Shown here one piece after another: positions 20,836-31,600 of a stretch of DNA of 64,000 nucleotides. The number at the start of each line of letters is the position of its first letter. The first letter of the stretch is position 1. The DNA comes from an uncultured Gemmatimonadales bacterium (GTDB lineage Bacteria > Gemmatimonadota > Gemmatimonadetes > Gemmatimonadales > GWC2-71-9). The position numbers and the translations under genes were made by a program. A model generated the notes under the pieces. It saw only the letters and a list, made by a program, of their open reading frames with translations. It had not been told where the DNA came from and searched no databases. The stretch covers positions 1 through 64,000 of the forward strand of contig CAWCFX010000004.1 in assembly GCA_963795085.1 (NCBI GenBank), given 5' to 3'.

Positions 20836-22071
20836 TTAAAGGAACCCAAACACCACCGGCAGCAGGAACGCCACCAGCGCGGCCCAGGCGATATAGACCG
20901 GCAGGTAGCCGGTGACCGCGCGCCTGAGGTCGGCCAGGCCGGCCCGCCCCCGCACCACCTGCAGATAGGACCGGCAGATCCACGCCAGGTGCACCATGAT
21001 CACCAGGTTGGCGCCGAGCACCGTCACCCGGTTGGGGGTGAACCCGAAGGAGGCCAGCCGGAACAGGATGGCGGCCAGCGCGATCGCGTCGATCAGGAGG
21101 GTGACCGCGGCGAGGGCAATGTTGATGTAGTCGGTGGCGCCGGTCCTGGTGTCCTCGCTCCGCTCCACGATCGAGAAGACGGTGATCCCGGTGACCAGCA
21201 GAAGGAGTCCGTTGAAGGTGATCAGGAAGCTGCGGTCGAAGAAGGGGTTCTGGCCGCCCACGAAAACCACGGCCAGGTAGGTGACGGCCATGACCAGGAA
21301 GAGCGGCGCGAAGACCCGGGCCAGCACCGCCAGGATCCCGGTGCGACGCTTGAACACGGCATCGTACAGGTAGGTCCCCGCCACCGGCACCGCCGCGGCG
21401 CCCAGGACGGCCGCGTTCTCGAAGTAGAGCTCCTCGATATCGCCGAAGACCATCCCGAACAGGGCCACCGTCACCCCGCTGAACACCATCCCTCCCAGCG
21501 CGACCAGGCTGGCCAGCACGAGCAGCTCGCCATTGTAGCGGACGAAGCGGATCCGCGCGTCGGTCTCCCGCCAGGCAGCGCCAGTGAAGACGAGTCCCAG
21601 GAATCCCCAGAACAGCACCGGGAGGTGAATCAATGCCATCACCACCGAGTCGGTGTCCGAGGGAAGCACGCTCACGTAGGTGCCCGCCACCAGGGCGAGG
21701 CCCAGTCCCAGCGCCAGGTGGCGGCGGTCCCGGGTTTCCTTCCAGAACCAGGCGGAGAGCGCCAGGAGGACCAGCATCGGCGCGAACCGCGGGTAGTACC
21801 ACTCCTCGCCGAGGAGGAGGGCGGGGAGCCGGACGCCGGCGCCGGCGATCAGGGCGATGAGAATCGCCGCGGCCAGTCCTCGGCGGGCTGTCACGCCGTC
21901 CGTAGGCTCCTGGTACTCGAGCCGCGCCCGCCAGACCCTGAGGGCCACCGAGCCGGGCTCGGCCAGCAAGGCCCCCTCAAGCAGGCGGCGGAACACCGCC
22001 GGGTCCTTCCTATATAGTGCCTCCAGTTCGTCGGGGTCGCCGGGGAGCTGGGCAATGGGGCTGGATGTCAC
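20836..22071 (-). CDS. DUF4153-like polytopic membrane protein
   Basis: LEALYRKDP..WRARL N-terminus, many TMs, FRLASFGFTPNRVTVLGANL motif. Confidence 0.75.
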   Translation of the reverse strand: MTSSPIAQLPGDPDELEALYRKDPAVFRRLLEGALLAEPGSVALRVWRARLEYQEPTDGVTARRGLAAAILIALIAGAGVRLPALLLGEEWYYPRFAPMLVLLALSAWFWKETRDRRHLALGLGLALVAGTYVSVLPSDTDSVVMALIHLPVLFWGFLGLVFTGAAWRETDARIRFVRYNGELLVLASLVALGGMVFSGVTVALFGMVFGDIEELYFENAAVLGAAAVPVAGTYLYDAVFKRRTGILAVLARVFAPLFLVMAVTYLAVVFVGGQNPFFDRSFLITFNGLLLLVTGITVFSIVERSEDTRTGATDYINIALAAVTLLIDAIALAAILFRLASFGFTPNRVTVLGANLVIMVHLAWICRSYLQVVRGRAGLADLRRAVTGYLPVYIAWAALVAFLLPVVFGFL

Positions 22072-22217
22072 GCGCGGTGTTCTCCCTGGGACGGGTTCGG
22101 GTATGGGCTTGGGGGTGCCATACAGAGAGCTTTGTAGAATAAAGTATAGTGGAAGGGTCAGGCTGTCAACGGCCAGGGGAAATGTTGGAATTGAAGGAAT
22201 GTTGGAATTTGTAATTG

Positions 22218-22650
22218 GTCATTGCGAGGGGAGGCCGCTGGTCTAGTTAGTCATTGCGAGGAGGCCGCAGGCCGACGTGGCCACCTGAAGGGACCTGGGA
22301 GTCTGTCCTTCCGTCGGCCTGGGAGTCTTCATAGTCATTGCGAGGAGCGCGCAGACGTCAACAGTCATTGCGAGGAGGCCGCAGGCCGACGTGGCAATCT
22401 GCTCGCCCGGCTCCGGAGCGGGCTTCCTGCCCACCCAAGCCAGATTGCTTCGTCGCGCTCCGCGCTCCTCGCAATGACTATGGAAGCTTCCTGGGCGAAA
22501 GAACCTGCTCTCCCTGCCACCGGAACATAGCGTAGTCATTGCGAGGAGGCCGCAGGCCGACGTGGCAATCTGCTCGCCCGGCTCCGGAGCGGGCTTCCTG
22601 CCCACCCAAGCCAGATTGCTTCGTCGCGCTCCGCGCTCCTCGCAAAGACT
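22218..22650. repeat. Cluster of GTCATTGCGAG..GGCAATCT / AGATTGCTTCG..CTCGCAATGAC REP-like inverted pairs
   Basis: Same family as 15127-15625 and 24473-25105. Confidence 0.9.
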
Positions 22651-22716
22651 ATGGAAACCCCCATGCGAAAGATGACTGCGCCAAACAATAGCGTCAGTTA
22701 TTGCGCCACGCGCTTC

Positions 22717-24378
22717 TTACCGCCTTCCCGCCAGGGCCATAACAGCCGCCAGGGCCGGGTCCTTCCCCTGGAAGAAGTCCGTCGAACTCAAGGGCACCGG
22801 CAGGTCCGGCGCGATCCAGGTGCGCTGGTCTTCCCAGTCCGAATTCATGTGCATCCGGTTGGAGATGTTGACCTGGAGCCGGCTGTAGGGCAGCACGGTA
22901 CCGGTCCCCTCCCCTGTGAAATTGGGGGACGAGCCGGTCGGCTCGCCGACGAAGACCGGGTGGAGCAGCCATTCCAGCTTGCTCACGAAGTTCTGCGCCG
23001 CGGAGTAGGTGTGCCGGCTGGTGATCACGTAGATGCGGCGCCCGGTGTCCGCCGCGGCGAACGAGGCGAGGGCCTGGATCAGCGGGGGCAGCAGGAAGGT
23101 GTTGCCGCCGCCGTTCAGCCGCACGTCCACGACCAGGTTGCGGTAGGCCGGGTCGCCGAGCTGGCCCGCCAGCCGCCGCGCGAAGGCCGCGAGGCCCAGG
23201 GAATCATTATTGGCGACCGCATTGAAGTTGAAATAGAGCGCCTGCGCCTCCGGCAGGTCCCGGGTCCAGTAGTGCCGGCTCCGTTCCAGGTAGAAAGGGC
23301 GCGGGCCCTCGATGGGAGCCGACAACCCGGGGGAGGACCGGAGCGGGCCGCCCGCCAGCCGGGCCGTTCGGCGCCGGCCGTCCTGGCCCTCCAGCAGCAC
23401 GTCCACCGTTCCGTCGGGATTGGCGGCGCCGACCTCCGCCAGGAGCGCGGTGTTGACCAGCGCCGCGGGCAGCCGGGCCTGCAGGTTTACGTCGTTGTCC
23501 CTGGTAATGAAAGGCGCCACCGCCCTGGAAGCCTCCTCGATGGTCATCCGGCCAATACTCACGACCCGGCTCCCCGTGTGCCGGCTTGCGTCCCCGACCC
23601 CGCTGACCACGAAGACGCCGTCGCTGAAGAGGTAGAGGTTGAGCGGCAGCATGCGCATGGCGGAGTCGCTGGGCACGCCGCTGTGGCCGTCGCCCAGCAT
23701 GGCCACCGCCCGGCGCAGCCCGAGCTTGATGCTCATGTCGCTCAAGGCGGGCACCCGGGCTTTCAGGGCAGCCACCGAATCGATGAACGCCCGAGACCAG
23801 GCCGGCCGCTCCGGGTGCACGTGCATCCGCTGTGCTTCCCGCTGGAAGAAATCGAGGTCGCGCCGCCATCGTTCATCGCGCGAGAGCGCAGGGTCGGTGC
23901 GGGGGTAGATCCCGGCCAGGCGGGTCGAGTCGCGGAGCGGCGCGAGCTCGTTCATTTCGTACACCCGCTGGGGGTGCTGCACCCGGTGGGCGGCGGCCCG
24001 TTCCAGCCAGTCCAGCGCCGTTGTCGGACGGCCGGCCGCCAGGTGCATCAGGCCCACCTGGAGGGCCGAGTTGCCGCGGTTGAAGGCGCCGAGGGTGTAG
24101 GCCTGGGTGAAAGCGCCGGCGGCCTCGTCCCACTGCTGCTTCGCCGCGGCGGCCTGGCCGTAGCGCCGCCAGAGGTAGGCGTCGGCCGAGTCGAGCGGCG
24201 CGACCCTTCGCAGCAGCGCCAGCGCCGAGTCCGGCGGTCCCGACTCGGCGAGCGCGATGCTCCGGTTCTTGGCCAGGTAGAGCTCGACCGGGGTCAAGCC
24301 CTGGGCGCTGGCGGCGGGGGCGGCCCCTGAAAGGAGGCACAGGCAGACCAGGCCGCGACGGTAGAGTGGGGCACGCAT
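22717..24378 (-). CDS. TPR-containing S41-family peptidase-like protein, secreted
   Basis: Signal peptide, TPR-like helices, LGDGHS, LVVDVRLNGGG, TYSAAQNF, FVGEPTG, IAPD. Confidence 0.85.
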   Translation of the reverse strand: MRAPLYRRGLVCLCLLSGAAPAASAQGLTPVELYLAKNRSIALAESGPPDSALALLRRVAPLDSADAYLWRRYGQAAAAKQQWDEAAGAFTQAYTLGAFNRGNSALQVGLMHLAAGRPTTALDWLERAAAHRVQHPQRVYEMNELAPLRDSTRLAGIYPRTDPALSRDERWRRDLDFFQREAQRMHVHPERPAWSRAFIDSVAALKARVPALSDMSIKLGLRRAVAMLGDGHSGVPSDSAMRMLPLNLYLFSDGVFVVSGVGDASRHTGSRVVSIGRMTIEEASRAVAPFITRDNDVNLQARLPAALVNTALLAEVGAANPDGTVDVLLEGQDGRRRTARLAGGPLRSSPGLSAPIEGPRPFYLERSRHYWTRDLPEAQALYFNFNAVANNDSLGLAAFARRLAGQLGDPAYRNLVVDVRLNGGGNTFLLPPLIQALASFAAADTGRRIYVITSRHTYSAAQNFVSKLEWLLHPVFVGEPTGSSPNFTGEGTGTVLPYSRLQVNISNRMHMNSDWEDQRTWIAPDLPVPLSSTDFFQGKDPALAAVMALAGRR

Positions 24379-24472
24379 AGGGCCAGAGGGGTGGAGGGTG
24401 AATCAGGAGTGGCCGGCCAGATAGACGAGCGAGCGCGATGAAAGGTTGGGCGGTTCGGCGCGGACGTCAACA

Positions 24473-25105
24473 GTCATGGCGAGGAGGCCGCAGGGCCTGG
24501 GTAGTCATTGCGAGGAGGCCGCAGGCCCAAGTAGTCATTGCGAGGAGGCCGCAGGCCGACGTGGCAATCTGCTCGCCCGGCTCCGGAGCGGCTTCCTGCC
24601 CACCCGAGCCAGATTGCTTCGTCGCGCTGCGCGCTCCTCGCAATGACTATGGAAACTCCGTGCGAAAGAACCTGCTCCCTGCCGCCGGAAATAGGCAGTC
24701 ATTGCGAGGAGGCCGCAGGCCGACGTGGCAATCTGCTCGCCCGGCTCCGGAGCGGGCTTCCTGCCCACCCGAGCCAGATTGCTTCGTCGCGCTGCGCGCT
24801 CCTCGCAATGACTATGGAAGCTTCCTGTGCGAAAGAACCTGCTCCCTGCCGCCGGAACATAGGGCAGTCATTGCGAGGAGGCCGCAGGATCTGGGTAGTC
24901 ATTGCGAGGAGGCCGCAGGCCGACGTGGCAATCTGCTCGCCCGGCTCCGGAGCGGGCTTCCTGCCCACCCAAGCCAGATTGCTTCGTCGCGCTGCGCGCT
25001 CCTCGCAATGACTATGGAAGCTTCGTGTGCGAACGAACCTGCTCCCTGCCGCCGGAACATAGGGCAGTCATTGCGAGGAGGCCGCAGGCCGACGTGGCAA
25101 TCTGC
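24473..25105. repeat. Cluster of REP-like inverted pairs arranged as repeated modules of about 165-200 bp
   Basis: Three near-identical modules plus partial copies. Confidence 0.9.
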
Positions 25106-25323
25106 TTACCTGCCCAGCCAAGCTCTGCTCTATCACGAAAGCACGAACGGCGAAGCCGGCACTACAAAGTTGCAACAGCCGGACCACAAAAGACGAAACA
25201 CGAAGGGAATAGTGAGAAGACGACCTATTCAGCTGTTTTGCTGTTTTCGTGTTTTGTAGTTCCTGCTTTTGTAGTTGCTGCGTCCTCTGTGGTGAGCTGT
25301 TGCAGTCTATCCCCAAGTTACTG

Positions 25324-28300
25324 TTACCGCAGCGGCCGCATCCGATACAGCCACCAGATCCGCCGCTTCCGCGCCGGCTTCCGCTGCCTCCATCCCATCA
25401 TCATCGCCGGCACGAAGAACAGCGCCCCGAGCGTCCCCGCGACCGTCCCGCCCACCGTCGCCAGCGCGATACTGCCGAACAGCTCGTCCGCCTTGGTGCC
25501 CACCGCCAGCGGGATAAGGCTCGCCAGCGTCGTCAGCGTCACCAGCATGATGATGCCCACTCGGTCCCGGGCCGCCCACACCACGTCCCGGCCCGACAGG
25601 CCGCGGCGGGACCCAGGGGGTGAGGCCCGCCGCACCAGCGCCGCATCCACCACCAGGATGATCTGGTTCACCGCCAGGCCCACCACCAGGATCACTCCGA
25701 CCGCCGCCTCCCGGCTGAACGAAGCCTTGGCGATCCAGAACGCCGCCGCCGACCCGGCCAGCGCCAGCGGAAGGCCGAGGAACACCATCCCGGCCGCCCA
25801 GCCGGAGTCGAACACCATCATCACCGCCAGCAGCACCATGACGATCCCCAGCGCGAACACCAGCCAGAGCCCCTTCGTGCTTTCGTCCACCGCCCAGCCG
25901 AACTCGTTGTCCGCCACGCTGTAGCCCGGCGGCACCGAGATGGACTGCATGAACGCCTCGTGGGTCCGGTTGGCCAGTTTCTGGGGACCCCGGAACTCGT
26001 AAGTCACCAGCCGCACGTACTGCTGGTCTTCCCGGTTGATGGTCGTGAGCGCCTCCCGCTCGCCCACGCTGGCGACGTCCACGATCCGGGCCGGGCTCCC
26101 CGCCCGGTTGGGCAGCATCGCCTGCCGGAGCTGGTCCATGGTCCGGTCCCGGGCCCCGGCGTCCTTCACGTTGACCAGGATCTTCTCCCCGCCGATCTCC
26201 AGCTCGGTCGCGCCGACCGGCCCCCGAACCTCGCGGCTCACCGCCGCCGACAGGTCGCGCGCGGTGAGACCGAACCGGGCCAGCGCCGCCCGGTCGGGGT
26301 TGAGCACCACGCTGAACGCCTTGTCCCGCTGCCAGAAGCTGGCGGCGTTCACGTCCACGTCCTTGACCCGGGGAATCCGCTCCAGCCGCCGCTTGAGATC
26401 CAGCGCCAGCTGTTCCACCCCCGAGAACGAATAGCCCAGCACCTTGATCTGAAAGGAAGAGGCCGACCCGCCCCCGCCGGAGAAGAACCCGGGGCCGTTG
26501 CCCCGCACCCCGACGCTGGCGCCGCCTACCAGGACGGCGCGCTGGGTCAGCTGCTCTTCCATTATATAGGGCGCCGCGCCGTACTCGGCGGCCTTGGTGA
26601 ACAGCACGGTCATCCGCGCCCCGTCCGGCGATCCCATTGCCTCCACCTGCTCCACCCCCTGACCCCCCACCGCGAGGGCCTCGAACTCCCGCATCGCGCG
26701 GTCCAGGCTGGAAGGATCCGAGCCGCGGGGAAAGTTCATCCACGCCGTGAGCGTGGTCCGCTGGCCATACCAGTTCCCGAAAGAGGAACGGGGGACCTTC
26801 TTGACGAAGCCATAGACCGCGGCCGCCATCAGCACCGCCGCCAGCCCCAGGGTAAACGGCCGCCAGCGCAGCGAGCCGATCACGATCCGGGCATAGGCCC
26901 GGCTCAGGCGGGGCCAGTGCCCGGTGCTGATCCCGTGCCCCGCGGCAAGCGCCGGGATCATCACCACCGACGACACGATGGACCAGCCCAGCGCCAGCAG
27001 GAACGCCACCGCGAAGGGGACGAAGGCCGCCCGGGCATTCCCCTGTAGATATAGAAAGGGCAGCAGCACCACGGCCGTGGTGAGGGTGGACCCCAGCACC
27101 GCAGGCAGGATCCGCCGCCCCGCCCCCGAGCGGCCCTCCACCGTGTCCGGCGCCAGCCGCAGCCGCTCCACCACCACCACCCCGTTCTGCACCAGGATCC
27201 CGATCCCCATCCCCAGTCCCGCCAGGGTCAGCAGGTTGGCCGGGATCTCCAGCAGAAAGAGCCCCAGCGCGGTGCCGGCGATGGCGATGGCCGCGCTCCC
27301 CATCACCAGCAGCACCGACTTGCCGTTCCGGAGCGCGATCACCAGCACCACCATGACCGCGACAAAGGCGATCCCGCCCCGCAGCACCAGGTCCCGCAGC
27401 TGTTTGCGGAGCACGACGCTCTCGTCGGACCGCACCTCGAGCCGGACTCCCGGCGGCAGGATCCGCTTGATCTCGTCCATCGCGGCCCGGGCCCGCGCGG
27501 CGGTCTTGATGGCGTCGGCGCCGGGCAGCCGCGCAATATCAAGACTCACTGCCGGCACCCCGTTCACCCGGTAGAACATGTCCCGCGAGTCTTCCTCCAG
27601 CCGGATCTCGGCCAGCTCCCCTACCCGGAAGATCCGGCCCGCGGGCCCCGCCACCGGCAGGCTGGCCAGGTCCTCGATGACCGCCGGCTGATCCCGGAGC
27701 ACCACCGGACGCTCGGCCGGACCGGCACGGTCCCTCCCCAGCGATTGCACCAGCCGGGCATTGCCAACGGCCTCGCGCAGCGCTTCGGGCGAGATCCCCA
27801 GTTGCCGCAACCGCTGGCCGTCGTAGGTGACCGAGACCCGGACCTCCGCCGCGCTGGAGAGGTTGACTCCCGCCACGCCGGATACCGCGCTGATCCGCGG
27901 CTTGATCTGCTCTTCCGCCAGCTTCACCAGCGTGGCCGGCGTGTAGGGGCCGTACACCGTGTACTCGAGCAGCGACTGCTCGCTCAGCTCTTCGGGGACG
28001 TAGTTACCGACGTAGGGAGAAGTGGACCCGTCGGGGAACTCGGGGCGCAGCAGCTCGATCCGCTCCAGGATGGCGAGCCGGGCCATCTGGACGTTGGCCT
28101 TCTCTTCCAGGTCCACCGTGATCCGGGTGCGGCCGTCGCTGGACTCGCTGCTCACCTTCTTCACGTCGCGCACCGCCTGGATCGCGGCCTCGATCGGCGA
28201 GGTCAGGTAGGACTCCACCAGCTCGGCGGACGCGCCGGGCCAGGAGGCGGTGACCATGAGGCGGGGCAGTTCGACCACCGGCCGCGTCGCGAGCGGGAGC

Positions 28301-28386
28301 CGGGCAAAGGCGAGCGCGCCGGCCAGGATCAGCGCCAGGCTGGTGGCCCAGACGACGGCGGGACGGTGGGCGGCCCAGGTGATCAT
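25324..28386 (-). CDS. RND efflux permease subunit (AcrB/AcrD/AcrF family), subunit 2
   Basis: 1020 aa; WPGASAELVESYLTSPIE; 12-TM RND layout; LTTLASLIPLA. Confidence 0.93.
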   Translation of the reverse strand: MITWAAHRPAVVWATSLALILAGALAFARLPLATRPVVELPRLMVTASWPGASAELVESYLTSPIEAAIQAVRDVKKVSSESSDGRTRITVDLEEKANVQMARLAILERIELLRPEFPDGSTSPYVGNYVPEELSEQSLLEYTVYGPYTPATLVKLAEEQIKPRISAVSGVAGVNLSSAAEVRVSVTYDGQRLRQLGISPEALREAVGNARLVQSLGRDRAGPAERPVVLRDQPAVIEDLASLPVAGPAGRIFRVGELAEIRLEEDSRDMFYRVNGVPAVSLDIARLPGADAIKTAARARAAMDEIKRILPPGVRLEVRSDESVVLRKQLRDLVLRGGIAFVAVMVVLVIALRNGKSVLLVMGSAAIAIAGTALGLFLLEIPANLLTLAGLGMGIGILVQNGVVVVERLRLAPDTVEGRSGAGRRILPAVLGSTLTTAVVLLPFLYLQGNARAAFVPFAVAFLLALGWSIVSSVVMIPALAAGHGISTGHWPRLSRAYARIVIGSLRWRPFTLGLAAVLMAAAVYGFVKKVPRSSFGNWYGQRTTLTAWMNFPRGSDPSSLDRAMREFEALAVGGQGVEQVEAMGSPDGARMTVLFTKAAEYGAAPYIMEEQLTQRAVLVGGASVGVRGNGPGFFSGGGGSASSFQIKVLGYSFSGVEQLALDLKRRLERIPRVKDVDVNAASFWQRDKAFSVVLNPDRAALARFGLTARDLSAAVSREVRGPVGATELEIGGEKILVNVKDAGARDRTMDQLRQAMLPNRAGSPARIVDVASVGEREALTTINREDQQYVRLVTYEFRGPQKLANRTHEAFMQSISVPPGYSVADNEFGWAVDESTKGLWLVFALGIVMVLLAVMMVFDSGWAAGMVFLGLPLALAGSAAAFWIAKASFSREAAVGVILVVGLAVNQIILVVDAALVRRASPPGSRRGLSGRDVVWAARDRVGIIMLVTLTTLASLIPLAVGTKADELFGSIALATVGGTVAGTLGALFFVPAMMMGWRQRKPARKRRIWWLYRMRPLR

Positions 28387-28407
28387 GCGCGACCTTTTTC
28401 CTCGCCC

Positions 28408-28602
28408 CCCGGCCCCCTCTCCATTTCATGGAGAGGGGGAGATGCCGCGGCCCTTTCCTCCTTATAGGGGCGCCTATGAACCCCTCCCCTCTCCACGAAG
28501 TGGAGAGGGGCCGGGGGTGAGGCAGGGGCCAGGGGCGAGGTCATGGCGACGAAGGAGGAGTCCCTCCCCTCTCCACGAAGTGGAGAGGGGCCGGGGGTGA
28601 GG
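28408..28602. repeat. Three REP-like palindromes CCCCTCTCCA(C/T)..TGGAGAGGGG
   Basis: At about 28408-28439, 28480-28522 and 28562-28602. Confidence 0.88.
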
Positions 28603-31600
28603 CAGGCCCCTGGTGCGACGAACGCCGCTCCACCACCGCGTACGCCGTCGGCAGCAGGAAGAACGTCACCAGCGTAGCGCTGATCGAGCCGCCGATGATG
28701 CCCGCCGCGAGCGGCTGGTACAGCTCGCCGCCGCTCCCCAGCCCCAGCACCAGCGGCAGCACGCCGACGATGGTGGTGAGCGAGGTCATCGTGATGGCAC
28801 GGAGCCGCTGCCGCCCGCCCAGCTTCACCGCCTCGTTCACCGAATGGCCCTGCGCCCGGAACCGGCGGATCGCGTCCAGCTTCACCACCGCGTCGTTGTC
28901 CGCGATGCCGATCATCACCACCATGCCGATCAGCGAGACGGCGTTGAGACTCTGCCCGGTGAGCCAGAGCACAATGATCCCGCCGGCCCCCGCCAATGGC
29001 ACCGTCGTCATGATCAGCAGCGGCGTGGTGAACGAGGCGAACTCTCCCGCCAGCACCAGGAAAACCAGCGCCACCGAGAGCAGCGCCACCACGCTCAACT
29101 CGCTGGTGGTGCGCCGCTGCTCGACATCGGCGCCGGCCAGCTCCCAGCTGAGGCCGGGCGGAATGGCGAGTCCCGCCATCGCCTGCTGGACATCCCGGGT
29201 AGCCCGCGCGGTGCCGCCCCGCTCCACCGCCGCCTCGATGACCGAGACCGGCCGCTGGTTCACCCGCACCACCTCGATCGGCGCCCGCACCTCGCGCACC
29301 TGCACCAGCTGACCCACCGGGATCCCCCGCACCGTGGTGGCCAGCGCCGCATCGAGGTCCTCGTTGGCCTTGCCGGCAAACCGCACCGTGATCGGAGTGC
29401 GGCGGTCGGTCTCCCGGAAATCGGTCGCCTTGATCCCTCCGAGCCCCCCCGAGAGCGCCGCCACCACCTCTTCCACCGAGAGGCCGCGCAGCGCGATCCG
29501 CTGCCGCTCCAGCGTCACCTCGATGATGTCCTGGGTCCCGGCAAAGGCGTCCCGTACATCCGCCAGCGTGCGAAGGCCCCGCAGCTTCCCGCGCGCGCTG
29601 TCGGCCCAGGCCTCCGCCTCCGCCGGCTTGAGCGCGCTGACCTCCACCCGCACCAGCCGCCCCTCCCGCCCGATCAGGCTGCCGAACTCCGACTGCCCCG
29701 CCAGGTCCAGCGCCAGCGCCCCCTGGGCCAGGTCCGGCACCGCGGCCCGGAGCCGATCGGCAAATTCCGCGGCGTCCTCCCGTCCCGGCACCGGGATGAT
29801 CAGCTGCGCCGAGCTGGACGAACCCGGTTCGGCGCCGGCGAGGATCTCTTCGTCGGTCGCCACGCCGATCCGGCTGAACACGTTGGCGGAGCCGAGACGC
29901 TGAGCGGCGGCTTCGATGCGGCCCACCTGCCGCCGGGTCTCTTCCAGCGCGGTGCCTTCGGGCAGGTTGAACGCCGCCACCACCACGCCTTCATCCACCT
30001 GCGGCAGGATTTCCCGGGGGAGCCGGACGGCGATCGCGGCGGTCACCACCACCGCGGCCAGGGCGATGCCGAACACGGTGGCGGGGTGGCGCAGGCACCA
30101 GTCCATGCCATGCTCGTAGCCGTCGGCGACTCGGGAACCGAGGGCGGACAACCGGTCGGACCGTCGGACGGGCGGACTGGCCTTCCGCCGTCGCACCATC
30201 ATCACCGGCATCAGCGTCAGCGCCAGCAGCAGCGACGCTCCCACCGAGGTCACCACGCTGAGCGACAGGTCCCGGAACAGCGCCGCGGCGAGGCCGCGCA
30301 CGAAGACGATGGGCCCGAAGACCAGCAGCGTGGTCAGCGTCCCCGCGATGAGCGGGCCGGAGACCTCTTCCGCCGCGGTGCGGGCCGCGTCCCGGTCGCT
30401 GAACCCGGCCTCCCGGTAGCGTCCCGTGGCCTCGGCGACCACGATGGCGTTGTCCACCAGGAGGCCGACGCCGAGGGCCAGCCCGCCCAGCGAGAGCACG
30501 TTGATGGTCACGTCGAGGGCCTGCAGGACCACCAGGGCGATCAGCACCGAGAGCGGGATCACCAGCGCGATCGCGATGGATGAACGGAAATCCCGGAGAA
30601 AGAGCAGGATCACCAGCAGCGAGAGAATGCCGCCGGCCACGATCTCCTGCGACAGGTTGGAGAGCGCGTCCTTGACGAACTCGGCCTGCGCCGCGACAAC
30701 CGTCAGCGTGATATCGGGGAACTCGCCCTGCAGCAGTGCGACGGCGTCGTAGAGGTTGTTGGTGACGGCCACCGTGTTCGAACCGGCGTCCTTGTACACC
30801 ACCAGGCCCACGGCGGGCTTCCCTTCCAGCTGCACCACCGTGCGGGGATCCGCGGTGGTCAGGCTGACCGTGGCGACGTCGCGGAGCCGCAAGGTCCCGC
30901 TGTTGCCCAGCGGGGTCTCGCCGATCTCGGCGATGCTGCGGAACTCGGTGAGCGCGAGGACCGAGAACCGGAACTGGCCCCGGCGGATCGTCCCTCCCGG
31001 GGAACTCCAGTTGGCCGCCTGGAGCGCGTCGGCGATGTTCTCGGGAGAGAGTCCCAGGTTGCGGAGCCGGTCGGGTTCCGCTTCCACCCGGATCTCGTCC
31101 TCCGGCGCACCCACCACCGCGACGCTGGCTACGCCGTCCAGCTGCTCCAGCCTTCGGGCATGCACTTCGGCGGCGGTCCGCGCGATGGAGCGCAGGTCGC
31201 CCGGGCCGGTGAGGCCCAGCATCGCGATGGGTCGCTGTCCCGGGTCGCTGGTGAGCAGCGTGGGCCGCTCGGCCCGCTCCGGCAGCTGGCCGCGGATGTT
31301 GTCCAGCCGTTCGCGGACGTTGAGCACCGTGGACGGCATGTCGGTGCCCCAGGCAAACCGGGCGGTGGTGGTCACCTCCTCGTTCCGGCTCACCGAGCGC
31401 AGCTCCACCAGCCCTGGCGTCGCGGCGATGGCCTGTTCGATCGGCTCGGCTACCAGGCGCGACGCTTCGGCGGCGGCGGAGCCGGGGTAGCTGGTACGGA
31501 CCGTGAGAACGGGAAGGGTGACGTCGGGGAGCAGCGAGACCGGGAGCCGGGAGAGCGACACGGCGCCCACCAGCACCAGGGCGAGCACCGTGGCGACGGT

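Noticed and set aside
22222..25316. ORFs with SHCEEAAGRRGNL / VIARRPQADVAI repeats, and 14207-15644 equivalents
   Set aside because: They are translations of REP-like elements.
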